Program-made: the position numbers and the translations under genes | Source: a virus | Taxonomy: Duplodnaviria; Caudoviricetes | Virus record (IMG/VR): IMGVR_UViG_3300037484_000296 | Coordinates: 26,268 to 90,267 of that record | Reading direction: 5' to 3' (one strand) | Length of the DNA stretch: 64,000 bases | The notes under the pieces: model-generated | The model's input: the letters and a program-made list of their open reading frames with translations, nothing else | Database searches by the model: none | Told to the model about the DNA's origin: nothing | In this document: positions 12,501 through 19,003 of the stretch, in pieces | How the letters are laid out: every line of letters starts with the position of its first letter | Position numbering within the stretch: position 1 is the first letter of the stretch

Positions 12501-12577
12501 CAACTTTAAGGCAGTCAATTATGAGAAAGCGCAGGCCAGACAAGAGGGCTATGTTATTCGACCGGGCGGTTCAATAA
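560..12577 (+). CDS. Large polyvalent virion/ejection protein (PPase-like, 3 HExxH modules, GNAT, ART-like domains, LPD-type C-terminus)
   Basis: 4005 aa; GADGDAMDAFIG..YDENKIMIG, HELFH, HELVH, HEIQH, RKRGLGT..FYKRFGF, KWFGNS..VVYHGS..GFYFT; last gene of the late operon. Confidence 0.85.
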   Translation: MPIVSDKEFEGISSAKSGQILDESDFMKIAPNVPKPDTGVASMEAQASTIPQPKPVASAMPDLSTPVQPTSAMPDLKPDASPVSIKNVAKTLGQGAMDVAGGVSYLSQFVNPMDLVLKAAGRKTLGESGMELSEKASKALEESIPEAERPRPIFSENTKIIEPILKGELPTIELNPEARFSDVFMQGVRQVPQFFGGIAGKSEKAVSLANTIGQKVLPKLGSTLEQKAISMAEKHLAKTGMNLGTDAARKYAENIIGQTIMQAGIGAAQTGGMDAASAYTDVMNMKPEELQSTEYKDTYNDLLAKGQNPEDAKRILANGIANQVFIKTAPSGIPSQLLEFVLPEILHGGRLKRSVKGFLAGAPGEALQEGYEQRIQNVEEQRANPAINPEQGVAESMLLGGLMGGLPGAAQGLKGRPEAKKPYVPNLENQYSPVFPDLTIPPADKAAPAAPIADFDLTSMQPTERGQKIISAMPQMQALKETTAAWRQEAAQGRPAPFTGPGTAMPPIDLTAQDILSQQAEPQGQEERGRPVPVIPSYSTEQFEPGTIMDAEIPTREFTPPPPSQFASSVEKARAKQGPRKPLEMARPTETAMPALEGEIMSPTAKQGAVPSLESNIIEGKAIEEDRELTRKIDQAAYKAEMPKSEAQASAGNYRQGAIVPVQGLNFRAETPRGMFRGGKNKDTGEVWRTKMEAHYGKLIDLPGADGDAMDAFIGPKPTSPTVFVVNQVNPKTKAYDENKIMIGWDSLESAKQAYMDHYAKGWQGFGGIVPMTAEQLKQWATKENVKKPAPMLPAPEARKALPAPEIAGKPTSAMPESLQLPPERLSIPDQKVVKRPVQAEQKALPAPEPVSPPVETAPDSETKPSFDEPRAKKLIEKQGMIYKGTQEDADGNPVDVLFNDPQTDNATYTLPVGKVNAMTIARKIREKRAEFAKAQKPQEKVVEPEKKETPIVKESLQVGSTVRVGNSPEVHTIERELPQTESEKELGEKYFDVKNSKGEIDTYEAKDLKPVKVAEKKEEVEGGSKVRTIHALIESGDKEITRKEIANLYEVKQKQLYKGHIMTAGDVIRDYLKPNGIKVVGKKTEKPSIKTTLTVAGKGGTPNEKAVRQEDADDAAAEAGQKEKVATTTVKLGGKTEKTAMPDTAQTSHFQKLKKELASLKGKNDEQSQKRRVNILDELESYQEETAPTPEKIKSDRQAADEFLKKKLTESQIAGVAVRQQEEIPKEVVKDAVEAAPGTTAKELKAQKKFLIEHVDEAIKDAPEEIEGLDRKVQQINDINNKAKAAYDKAANLRHYKKDEDQVQKLFSEREAFHRQAREIQATIPSVTIEVPNDGNFTVYNDKATLKKFKEIVAKQFPTTPEKAKNLTQPSGKARGYRAPSELEEGIDFKLNGKPAYTNGHLLLLGETKAIPETLAKRWGGADKETNQENRERLAEQAKRLFAENAEKAKLPVGKIKFVAIDEKPYNPADKKNDFPYGVADYPIRGEKQSTTVLISGDVSNAISTDYYQHIIDHYPDATFKIGVEMSKGDNISPVGVYSKGKHAGIVMPWRSSDAVQIAREHMQEESASGKTESVKAPKQEEIKSEAPREAPKYASRDSDFTKISDYISKNYGSKVNIPAFTSKLREMVKSATITAENAEKVIARLKATGEVTIPKSQVLEIAAEEGSNVTRQIKAERSGDNLRVPESYGPLELEAFRLVEEDLGRTIAPSSRISPIQKQVAGEWEKFTGTKILFANSNNIPFDGAVPKKGYIIVSDALDTPQLLSKVIGHELFHNIEHVAKLSPELEAKYKNFSEIARRLITDAKVKEFMEVENKKRVNRLGMKQLETVEEAWSEYGAHILGDAIRDKRFYERMYQQDRNLFEKFVDYIVGVFKKLKILSPDVVESEYYSPEQAVRLINESSDLFAQYLRVKDDFGVVSGESAQGPAYSTKPNQKSLDSIVGKWEKLGVAIDAFDYRNKKNTRIPRQLLSINRIEVDRDKRKRGLGTMAMHDLTDFADENGLRIELSPDDSLGATSKGRLKEFYKRFGFVENKGRNKDFRTSATMYREAITAEGQPLYAAQGIAGKGMSKHDAIFEMKKLDIDFDNLENFVVVENEARLPENIQNDMLSKGLSGTIEGAYDADANAFYIIAGNIASEKRLQQVVQHELVHKGLRNVLGPRIEPIFTAIGKKYRNEIREIADEYNLNVNKKTEMLTAVDEFIARYGEEYKEQPLIKRMIAIVRSWLRNHGFTVDWSDNDILNLAGAALKAEGMGEGVRYSFAGKKAKGFNEAQGKFSDLADRQERFEIDDNKAELQNIKLDSEGVANRTILLSEVLSHAELFKAYPEFKSMLTNISIDPSLEESNGRFDEGTPDTKRYFGREPEITVNARNLEEAKDVLLHEIQHALQVRENFAKGGMPTVGGATELKDRFEEMQDEYNRLKKKLWAERTTRENARFGTLENEIRLLAKRLEGESVDRYRRLSGEEEARRVSARADMTAEERLGTPYERTDLREGEERIVRREGGVAESKESGKIPPMTPKKGAGEKPTEKNPVTPGSGNQVYRSRGPEDAQLMREEDPNGSLANYDKQSQREWLRGANPPSDGKITLYRATPEGKEIAAGDYVTSSRKYAEDHIKNNLGGEGKISQISATLDDIYPADGPGEFWYAPKNILTEKPESKPEGGKWTAKGWVVDFNPQPILDKYGLKNGDEDILQKFAGEGGFISDLSRSQGERYNGLEQQGFIERKHQDVGPGELMGQGFPAKEVDRMILTDRGRELLSGIKRVHREAEKKFFDQLASSDSPRSPQSGDQAALSRSFQEGEENVQGNEGLPESQPGMGEVYGEPGAGREGVNKLRPASVGSEQGDRREDRTTRGANGPILSNPSFRKWFGNSVVTVDGKAGSEPLVVYHGSPIKGFEQFDKNKINPYDPDGPYNGFYFTSDEKDARRSGDFPWGRPNTKGGGETRAYYLALQNPATRSYARKVANEIANTWEQKYPEARSLNDAVRMDLQTRGHDGIIHEPYFVPSKEEFERSGKVSLNKFGRELRKSEEYPGGVDLYSGNEHITGYTDFNEAADMNRHGVFIAFEPTQIKSATGNTGEFSPENPNILYSKARGAKVASEATEKLTPYSAKPENNIFTEIASNPKRFYRSYRQSFADNDLSKLERLIGLPHWIAKNFADFDRVMDVEEIRQENRDTLRNGLLSARIKKNKDGMHEFLALPKESKKKVEKYLLKSDKENRVMNPDELKGLDTESKSAYYSWKRAMDAALELRMQWLEKMNLLPYEDKSWFESLKNVTSQKGKKNRDKTKKQVLSSIPEDSHRAFNEAYNAVIFGRTEIAKMRRQIGRIKFYVPHQREGNYVVDVHDPRVAKPTEWNEKFMGPWKGRLIWSERSTNKVKGTETLLRLQQKFPGMKMSEYVSKQVPEEIYQAISEAAIERFVEGSLKRAESKEGVSPEAAHALRNALFETVTDDLRKRGWERHAIHRSETWVGGYETENLDKAFVDYMSGLSGSLTKMEAAYRYTQALKQIDKKKTELYAYAQNYVKNLTRNQTDIDRKVGKAKAAAFFMYITGKLSMVPIQLTQNFVTGIPQLGRYTRGAGRKYSKAMADVATQGRISKLSPVEQAALKDFHDKGLDQAKFLNDIMGQVDGYTKGAWNKVNRGLGLPFFAMEHFNRKSAFLAAYRVFENKKNIDNEKGYDAGAFKRATDFVHDTHFQMGRANKPELAAGPGPGGALLNAAYTFNSFSHNFVLSLADGFRTGNAKEGGLLALRSLFWLTILGGMTSIPWWDDFLDIMEKQFGWTTRATERKFLRTIGGETLETFGMHGLPALLGFDLSGSMKTAIPFHEGVSETAMGVYGGLLEKLSRGAKSFNRGDYWRAAEQWSPLFLENAMKGVRMYGEPATTPGGRIVYDAEGNPITLNAKEAAGQFFGIRPEKVSTAQAKRQEMINTVTYYAEQKQAIYDEFALANTAEKRARVMKKVRQFNSKVKDLKGAVPLITAATLRQSIMRKRRPDKRAMLFDRAVQ

Positions 12578-12583
12578 TTCCTC

Positions 12584-12612
12584 TTGACCAGTGCGTAGGA
12601 AGTGCGTAGAAT
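12584..12612 (+). promoter_or_regulatory. Sigma70-type promoter with AGTGCGTAG direct repeats
   Basis: TTGACC-17 bp-TAGAAT; repeats at 12590 and 12601. Confidence 0.7.
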
Positions 12613-12642
12613 AGAAGTATAGAGGGGAATAAGGAGTTAAGC

Positions 12643-12867
12643 ATGGTAGAAGCAAATATGCTTGAACAGCAAGTGGTTGCGCTCAAGTGTCGATATTGTA
12701 AATCAGAAACCGATCTATTTGGAGCAGATGATGTTGACAGACTTTGGCATGTCTGTGGCGACCGGGAGCGAAGGCACTATTCTGAATGCGCGATACATGG
12801 GAAGCATGTTGACCCATTTTATTTTTGCGGATGCATTGACAGGCGTGTAGTTATGGAAACGAGATAA
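12643..12867 (+). CDS. Small Cys/His-rich hypothetical protein
   Basis: RBS AAGGAG; first gene after promoter. Confidence 0.6.
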   Translation: MVEANMLEQQVVALKCRYCKSETDLFGADDVDRLWHVCGDRERRHYSECAIHGKHVDPFYFCGCIDRRVVMETR

Positions 12868-13111
12868 CACCACAACGACGCGCATCGGAAAGGCCCCATA
12901 TGGACATCGTTCACATAGACCATGACGGCGATTACAGTCATTGCGAAACGCACCATGTCAGAAACAGTGATGCAATAAAATATTACTGCTTTGAATGCAG
13001 AAAATATATCGTTCCAGACGAAACCCATAAAACCGAAGAAGAGGCAATAGAGATATTAAAGAAGAACGGTACGTGGGAAGTGTTTGAAATGATACGCAGT
13101 GCGTATGCCGG

Positions 13112-13357
13112 GTGAAAAGTAAAATTATAATGGACGACTCTGAAAAGCAAATGCGCATTAATAATGCCAATGCACTTCATCAGGCGATTCGTGTGCTGGA
13201 TGAAGAAATAGATAAACTGCTAATGCCTGTTTTCCTTGACGCGCAAACTGCAACGGCAGAGGAAATCAAGAAGCTGATTATGGAATTCCCATCAGGAGCG
13301 CACCGGACAGATCTACGTGCCCTTTTAATAAAAAAAGAAAGGCAATGTAGCCCATGA
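13112..13357 (+). CDS. Hypothetical protein
   Basis: Tiles with neighbouring ORFs via overlapping start/stop. Confidence 0.55.
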   Translation: MKSKIIMDDSEKQMRINNANALHQAIRVLDEEIDKLLMPVFLDAQTATAEEIKKLIMEFPSGAHRTDLRALLIKKERQCSP

Positions 13358-13497
13358 AACGCGAAAACTTCTTCCTAACAGACAAACAAAGCAAGCAGCT
13401 TGCAGCCGAGGCCAAGAGGACAGACACGAAGAAGGCTGAGATTGTCCGTCGCGCACTGGACCTGTATTTTGCGTCGGCGAAGAAAGGCAAGGAATGA
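13354..13497 (+). CDS. Ribbon-helix-helix (CopG-like) regulator, 47 aa
   Basis: Own translation MKRENFFLTDKQSKQLAAEAKRTDTKKAEIVRRALDLYF; not in the ORF track. Confidence 0.65.
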   Translation: MKRENFFLTDKQSKQLAAEAKRTDTKKAEIVRRALDLYFASAKKGKE

Positions 13498-13703
13498 GCA
13501 TACCTCTACCAAAGCAATGGCCGTGTCTGGAAAATTTTATTTATGAAATTCCGCCAGAGGTCGAAAAGAAAATCAAGACGGGCACTTATGGAATGACCGT
13601 TGATTTTGACCATGCTCGCCGGTCGTCCACCTTGACGCTTACTCAAGATGGAATTGTAATTGCTGTTTTAGATGGGGTAGAGAAAAAGGAGGCAATGGAC
13701 TAA
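13494..13703 (+). CDS. Hypothetical protein
   Basis: ATGA coupling with the RHH gene. Confidence 0.55.
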   Translation: MSIPLPKQWPCLENFIYEIPPEVEKKIKTGTYGMTVDFDHARRSSTLTLTQDGIVIAVLDGVEKKEAMD

Positions 13704-13704
13704 T

Positions 13705-13911
13705 ATGAAGTACCCAATAGAACTATTCGTGTACGCGGAGGATGCGCACGACGTCCCCGTTGACGCATGGAGATGTGATGATGTCGATACGGTGCGCTAT
13801 CTGTGCGCAGACTTAAAATGTGAAGATTGCGGGAGCCTCAAGGAATGCGAAAGGGGCAAAGTTGGATTGGCGGCCTGCATGTCTATTGTTTGCGCGGAAG
13901 GGAATAAATGA
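13705..13911 (+). CDS. Hypothetical Cys-rich protein
   Basis: RBS GGAGG; tiling. Confidence 0.55.
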   Translation: MKYPIELFVYAEDAHDVPVDAWRCDDVDTVRYLCADLKCEDCGSLKECERGKVGLAACMSIVCAEGNK

Positions 13912-14141
13912 AAGAGATTGACGCGGACATTATTACTGATTGGATAAAGGGTAATTTAGACAGCGGGAAGTTTCTCGTAGTCTCTCCGTACATATACGAC
14001 CTATCCCCGGAATCATTGCGATGTCACCCTAACTTTATTAAGCAGAAAAAACTTAACCCGCATGAAATAGATGTATTGTACAATCCAGCCACGGGCAGGC
14101 CGTGGGTTAGTAAAGCGTTCAATAAGCCAGATCGTTCATGA
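13908..14141 (+). CDS. Hypothetical protein
   Basis: ATGA coupling. Confidence 0.55.
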   Translation: MKEIDADIITDWIKGNLDSGKFLVVSPYIYDLSPESLRCHPNFIKQKKLNPHEIDVLYNPATGRPWVSKAFNKPDRS

Positions 14142-14202
14142 TTTTTTTGAACAGTCATAAAAACTAAATAACCAAGACGGATCACCTGAGATTTAATCAG
14201 AG

Positions 14203-14250
14203 GCCGGGCCGGAAGATAGCAATTCTTCCGCGACCCGGCTTTTTTATTTT
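14203..14250 (+). terminator. Rho-independent terminator
   Basis: GCCGGG..GGAAGA/TCTTCC..CCCGGC followed by a T-run. Confidence 0.75.
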
Positions 14251-14271
14251 GCGGCAAGGGAGGTTGTCTGA

Positions 14272-14847
14272 ATGAAGATAGCATTGGACCCCGGACACGG
14301 GAATGACAAGCCCGGAGCAGTATTTGACCCCGATACATCAGTAGAAGGCGATGAAATCAAAGAAAAGGATATAAACCTGGAAGTAGCTTTATCGGCCGGA
14401 AGGCATCTCCGCGAAAAAGGCCATTTCGTTCTATTCACCCGCGACAAAGACATAGATGTTACCCTGAAGCAGCGCAAGGATATGATTAACCAGTTCAAGC
14501 CGGACGCCTTCGTGTCGATTCATTGCAATGCGTCCGAGAAGCATAATTCAAAAGGGATAGAGGCATTTTACAGGGACGATATCGACTTCCCGCTTGCGAA
14601 CATTATCCAAAAAGCCCTTGCGCAAATGACCGGGCTGAAGGATAGAGGCGTATTCAACGATATCGGGGATCTTAAAAAGAGGCTCACCGTTCTCGATGAT
14701 AGCGAGAAGATACCGGCCACATTAGTCGAACTTGGCTTCATCGACAACGAAGAGGACCGAAACTATATCACAAATAACATTCAGACGATAGCCGAGATCA
14801 TCGCTGAAGCTATTCATGGGTGGGCGGTCCAAAGGGGGATAGCATGA
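14272..14847 (+). CDS. Endolysin, N-acetylmuramoyl-L-alanine amidase (Amidase_3)
   Basis: IALDPGHG, E..INL, FVSIHCNAS, LVELGFIDN zinc-amidase motifs. Confidence 0.92.
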   Translation: MKIALDPGHGNDKPGAVFDPDTSVEGDEIKEKDINLEVALSAGRHLREKGHFVLFTRDKDIDVTLKQRKDMINQFKPDAFVSIHCNASEKHNSKGIEAFYRDDIDFPLANIIQKALAQMTGLKDRGVFNDIGDLKKRLTVLDDSEKIPATLVELGFIDNEEDRNYITNNIQTIAEIIAEAIHGWAVQRGIA

Positions 14848-15092
14848 TACAGGCAGTCATTTCATTTCTGAAAAGCACGGCGTTCTTCCTCGCTAAAGGT
14901 TCGCTAATCATGTGGGGATACACGATCAATATGGTAGTTCTCTCCTGGTACGCGACTACGCATAGCAAGACAATTGACAGCAGTGTGGCCGCTATGTATA
15001 TCGCTGCGCTCGGTGCCTTCGTCGGCAAGAAAGGTTTTGACGAGTACCAGAAGACCAAAGCCACAAAAAAAATGGAGAATGGCGATGTTTGA
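14844..15092 (+). CDS. Putative holin
   Basis: Small, two hydrophobic segments, charged C-terminus, follows endolysin. Confidence 0.55.
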   Translation: MIQAVISFLKSTAFFLAKGSLIMWGYTINMVVLSWYATTHSKTIDSSVAAMYIAALGAFVGKKGFDEYQKTKATKKMENGDV

Positions 15093-15477
15093 TAAACTAA
15101 AAACTTTTTTCAGCCAGTTCAAGATTTATGTCGCCGTGGCATTGGTCATATTGTCTTTTGTGGCCGGCGGGTACGTCGTCTACAAACTCAAGCAGCCGGT
15201 GATCGACAAGTTGAAGCTGGAAACCCAGGTTTTCCGAGATGCCAACCTAGTCAGTACGGCCACGATCAGCGCTCTCAAATCGGATGTGACCAAGGCCCAT
15301 ACACAATGCAAAGAACAAATAGATCGTCAGGCTCGGACGCAACGGAAATTGAAGCAAATTGACGAAGCAGGAGGGAAAGCAAATGTTCAAGTACCTAATA
15401 ACGGTGGCAGTGGGGACGCTTCTGGTGGCACTCTTCTTGACCTTGGAAACCGGGTGTTCGACCGTCCCGGTTACTAA
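15085..15477 (+). CDS. Putative i-spanin (Rz-like)
   Basis: N-terminal TM plus coiled coil; lysis cassette position. Confidence 0.65.
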   Translation: MFDKLKTFFSQFKIYVAVALVILSFVAGGYVVYKLKQPVIDKLKLETQVFRDANLVSTATISALKSDVTKAHTQCKEQIDRQARTQRKLKQIDEAGGKANVQVPNNGGSGDASGGTLLDLGNRVFDRPGY

Positions 15478-15655
15478 AACTGAATATGTTAAGGCAGAGA
15501 GGCCCGCACTTCCGGCCAAACCGCAACTTTATAAAGTGGTGTTCGCGGAGGAAGGAGAATGTTTTCATCTGACTAAAGAGAACTTCCAGAACCTTCTTAA
15601 AAACATCACGCTTCTGTTTGGGCACATTGACACTTTAGAGGCTGGATGGGAGTAA
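15383..15655 (+). CDS. Putative o-spanin lipoprotein (Rz1-like)
   Basis: Overlaps i-spanin 3' end; signal peptide ending TGC, Pro-rich mature part; imperfect lipobox. Confidence 0.6.
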   Translation: MFKYLITVAVGTLLVALFLTLETGCSTVPVTKTEYVKAERPALPAKPQLYKVVFAEEGECFHLTKENFQNLLKNITLLFGHIDTLEAGWE

Positions 15656-15674
15656 TTGGCGATGCTTCCATTTA

Positions 15675-16339
15675 TCACTCTGAATTCCCGTAACGTTGCA
15701 CCCTGTCCGCCTTGTCTTTGCCGTGTTTGCGAACCAACTTTTTATACGCGTTTGCCCTGGCCCGGTCATCAGCGGCATCGCGGTTCTTCTTGTCGGCAAC
15801 TTCTTTTTCGTCGTACATTGCGGCCCACATATTATCTGACATGATATCCAGCCCGGCGGTATCGGCTACACCGACTTCACGGGCGTCAACGGTTCCCGGC
15901 TCGACTTGCTTGATCGACTTGATGTCCTTTGCGCTTATGCAGTCCTCGAACAAACTTCGTTGCGTACAATACTGACCGTTCCTTTTTTCAAGGTTGTGCC
16001 ATACCTGAGCGTAACCGGTTTTGGTGATTATTACGTAGTCGTATTCGGTTTCCGCGAAAGCAATAGAACCGAAAAGCAGAATCATAAACAGTGCTATAAA
16101 CATTTTCATGACGCGCCTCCATAAATTGGGAATCGTGGAAATGAAAAAGTTTCGAGTATAATAACAAGCCATCCATAACCAAAAAGGCTTTCTAATGGTA
16201 ATGGTGCAATCATTGTTGACCGATTCTACCACCCACGGGCCGTTAGCATAGGGCTTATTGCTGCCTGCTATCTTGATATAATCTCCCTTATGGAAATCTG
16301 CGGCAAGGGGATTAATGGTGGTTATGTTGTCACTTTTCA
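15675..16339 (-). CDS. Exported hypothetical protein (internal RBS and start near 16114 with signal peptide)
   Basis: MKMFIALFMILLFGSIAFA signal-like segment. Confidence 0.5.
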
Positions 16340-16743
16340 TATTCCTCGCAAATCTTTCTAGCTTCATCTTCTGTTAAAGCTCTCCCTGTTTCCATAAAGC
16401 GATAAAATATCTGTGACACTTTTAATGGGGTCATTATGAACCCGTCTGGCGTATACGCAATAATTTGTCTGCCAGCAACCCCATCGGCATATAGTACTCC
16501 GGAAGAAAATGATGGGGCATCGGACATATCCCAAGTGACATTGGCGTGATGGATAGGTTCATCATTGATGTCCAATAATTCCGGCGGCGTACCTGCGTAG
16601 ATCTTTATTTTGGATGCCCCCCCAAAAATCGACTTTGCAATATCAGGGTTGAGCGGTTTCGAACTGAGATTTGCCCCTTTTCGCGGAGGCGCTATAGCTC
16701 GAAACTCATCCCATAGCCTTTTCGATTCTTCGTCCATTTCCAT
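16330..16743 (-). CDS. Hypothetical protein
   Basis: RBS AGGAG; follows structured leader. Confidence 0.6.
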   Translation of the reverse strand: MEMDEESKRLWDEFRAIAPPRKGANLSSKPLNPDIAKSIFGGASKIKIYAGTPPELLDINDEPIHHANVTWDMSDAPSFSSGVLYADGVAGRQIIAYTPDGFIMTPLKVSQIFYRFMETGRALTEDEARKICEEYEK

Positions 16744-16758
16744 TGTCGCTCCTGCTTA

Positions 16759-16928
16759 AATCCCATGCGGGGCACTACGAGCGTATCGGCATCGCCGGTC
16801 TGACCGGGCAATCCTCCGTGATCAGCGGTGTTCCAATCTTTTAACTATTAGGCCCTGGTCAACTTCTTCCCGCCTGTTCCCGCACACGGCCATTACCGTG
16901 CATGGTTCGTAGTCTCCCGTATGGGATT
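16759..16928 (-). ncRNA. Candidate ~170-nt structured RNA or leader
   Basis: Closing helix AATCCCAT/ATGGGATT, CGGG/CCCG, ACTACGA/TCGTAGT; internal stems. Confidence 0.6.
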
Positions 16929-16940
16929 CATCACTCTTAA

Positions 16941-16969
16941 AGTATATCCAAAAGTATTAATATTTTCAA
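16941..16969 (-). promoter_or_regulatory. Sigma70-type promoter for the structured RNA
   Basis: TTGAAA-17 bp-TATACT on the minus strand. Confidence 0.7.
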
Positions 16970-17172
16970 GGTAAATTTTCTGGCATTATGGCATCTGATT
17001 TTAGGCATATGGCATTGCCATCTATCTCTGCTGGAATGCCGCCGCGATCTATACAGGCAATTTTTTGTTTATGAACGTCATACGCCAAATTGGTCCATCC
17101 CCATACCCATCCCCATATCGCGACAGACAATAATAAGTAAAACACAACATCAATAAGAGTGCTAGATTTCAT
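16966..17172 (-). CDS. Small membrane protein
   Basis: N-terminal TM; tiling. Confidence 0.55.
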   Translation of the reverse strand: MKSSTLIDVVFYLLLSVAIWGWVWGWTNLAYDVHKQKIACIDRGGIPAEIDGNAICLKSDAIMPENLP

Positions 17173-17513
17173 TGTCTTCCCTCCATTCTTTCAAGCGCTT
17201 TTTGTGCCTCTTTCGCCGCCCATGTTTTCGGATGCTCTGCTTCTCCTTTGCAATAAATGCATCCGGAGCCGTCGCAGTAGGTTTCTCCTGCGATCTTTTC
17301 TAGGGCTTCGCGGGCTATTACGGTCGTAGTTATAGTTGACGGGGGAGACCATCCTAGCTCAATAAGCGCATTACGGACGGCATGATCCGTAAGGTCGAGA
17401 TGGCGCTTGAACGTCATGTCAAAAATACTCTCCGTGGCTTCAATTAAATAGGATTTTAACGTGTCTATCTGGAATGAGAGTTTATTGTTTGTCATGATGC
17501 TCCTAACTATCAA
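17169..17513 (-). CDS. Hypothetical protein
   Basis: Tiling. Confidence 0.55.
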   Translation of the reverse strand: MIVRSIMTNNKLSFQIDTLKSYLIEATESIFDMTFKRHLDLTDHAVRNALIELGWSPPSTITTTVIAREALEKIAGETYCDGSGCIYCKGEAEHPKTWAAKEAQKALERMEGRQ

Positions 17514-17788
17514 TCCTTCGGCCTTAATACAAACCTCTGCCCGTCCGCAGCGGTCACGCCCTCGGTCATTAGATCGAACGACATAGCCTTACCTGATAAC
17601 TGTAATATTTTTTGCTGTTGCTTCATCATACATTCGTGCATCTGGATAATCACCGCCCGGAGCATGGTTAACTCGTCTACCCCAGCGATTAGCGCTGCCC
17701 GTCGTGTTGCACATGCGGTTACATTGTTGGTCCAAACGGCATAGAGGTCTTGATCGTATAGTTCGAACGGTCCTTGATTGTCTGGCAT
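17510..17788 (-). CDS. Hypothetical protein
   Basis: Tiling. Confidence 0.55.
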   Translation of the reverse strand: MPDNQGPFELYDQDLYAVWTNNVTACATRRAALIAGVDELTMLRAVIIQMHECMMKQQQKILQLSGKAMSFDLMTEGVTAADGQRFVLRPKD

Positions 17789-18316
17789 TTAAATGTTCTC
17801 CCATTCCTGCTTCTCCGCATTCCATTGCTTATTGAACTTCTCTTTCATGACGAATGCAATCCACAACTGCTCTGCGGACGGGAAAGCCACTCCACTGTTC
17901 ATGAAGAAGTGAAATTCCAAGAGCATTAACGATACTGCATTCTTGCCTCGCACAGTGCCAAAATTGTCGATGACCATATCTTGAAGTTGGTCTTGACGAG
18001 GCAACCATATGAAATATTCAGAAGCAAGCCCATCATGTTTTTGCTCAAAATAATGTCCGCCACGGTCGTGTTCTATCCTGTAGGTAAAATAATTTACGTT
18101 TTCAGGGCCAAGATGTTTAGCAAGATTTGTGATCTTATCGCAAACAATAGACCACTGGCGGTACAAGCCGTGAGAAAAAATATCGCCAACGTTAATATTT
18201 GATTTTAATTCTTCCCATCCATTCTCGTGCAAAATCTCCCATGCTGGCTTGCGCCAATAGTTTTGCATCTCTTCTGCTTTAGAACACAATAAAACGTACT
18301 CTGGGGAAAGATCCAT
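17789..18316 (-). CDS. Hypothetical phage protein
   Basis: WLPRQDQLQ..EQLWIAFVMKEKFNKQW phage-type motif. Confidence 0.6.
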   Translation of the reverse strand: MDLSPEYVLLCSKAEEMQNYWRKPAWEILHENGWEELKSNINVGDIFSHGLYRQWSIVCDKITNLAKHLGPENVNYFTYRIEHDRGGHYFEQKHDGLASEYFIWLPRQDQLQDMVIDNFGTVRGKNAVSLMLLEFHFFMNSGVAFPSAEQLWIAFVMKEKFNKQWNAEKQEWENI

Positions 18317-18327
18317 GGCTATCCTTT

Positions 18328-18624
18328 CTATTTGAACGCACAGTTTGGGTTAGAGTTATAGTTCATGGCTAGATCTTCCAGCGTAAGCGCTCCATCGTCC
18401 TTAATCTCGCCAACAATTTTATCCAGCAATTCGTAATATTGCTGATCGCTACCTTCGCCGCAGTCATGACGATTCAAGCAAACTATTTTGCGCTTGCCGT
18501 CAGGGGCCAATATGGTGAACCCTCGCTCTATTGTAGCGTGAGCAACGAATCCTTCTTCGCTTCCAAAGGGGCCGATAACCTTCACTTCTTTCCCAATGAT
18601 ATCGTGGATCAAGTTTTCTTTCAT
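18328..18624 (-). CDS. Hypothetical protein
   Basis: RBS AAAGG; tiling. Confidence 0.55.
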   Translation of the reverse strand: MKENLIHDIIGKEVKVIGPFGSEEGFVAHATIERGFTILAPDGKRKIVCLNRHDCGEGSDQQYYELLDKIVGEIKDDGALTLEDLAMNYNSNPNCAFK

Positions 18625-18626
18625 GG

Positions 18627-19001
18627 TTAGCCTTTCAGTAGTTCAGGGTTTTCATAGATATTCCCAATAACGTGCATCCCTATGTTGTCAACGTCCCATT
18701 GCTCAAGAATGGGGAATTCTATACTACTATCCCATTTGTGCCGGAAATACTTTTTTCTAAATGCACACTTTTCGAATATGACAATGAAGGTAGAAGGGTC
18801 TCCTTTGTAGCCGCAAACATCCCCCTCGAATATTTTATTGCCCTTGCAGTCCGTGAGGCCCGTGAACAACATGGGAATCCAGTGATCTCCACTCAAGACA
18901 GAATCAAAATACCCTTCCGACTCCCATTCTGCTTGCAACTCTTTCCATGACAGCATTTGCTTTGCTTCTATATCCCAGGCTCTTATTTCAATGGGGAACA
19001 T
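18627..19001 (-). CDS. YopX family protein
   Basis: IRAWD..FTGLTDCKGNKIFEGD..VIGNIYENPELL. Confidence 0.88.
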   Translation of the reverse strand: MFPIEIRAWDIEAKQMLSWKELQAEWESEGYFDSVLSGDHWIPMLFTGLTDCKGNKIFEGDVCGYKGDPSTFIVIFEKCAFRKKYFRHKWDSSIEFPILEQWDVDNIGMHVIGNIYENPELLKG

Positions 19002-19003
19002 GG

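Noticed and set aside
15675-16367. Programmed fusion or readthrough gene
   Set aside because: An internal RBS and start suggest two nested starts, but nothing supports a mechanism
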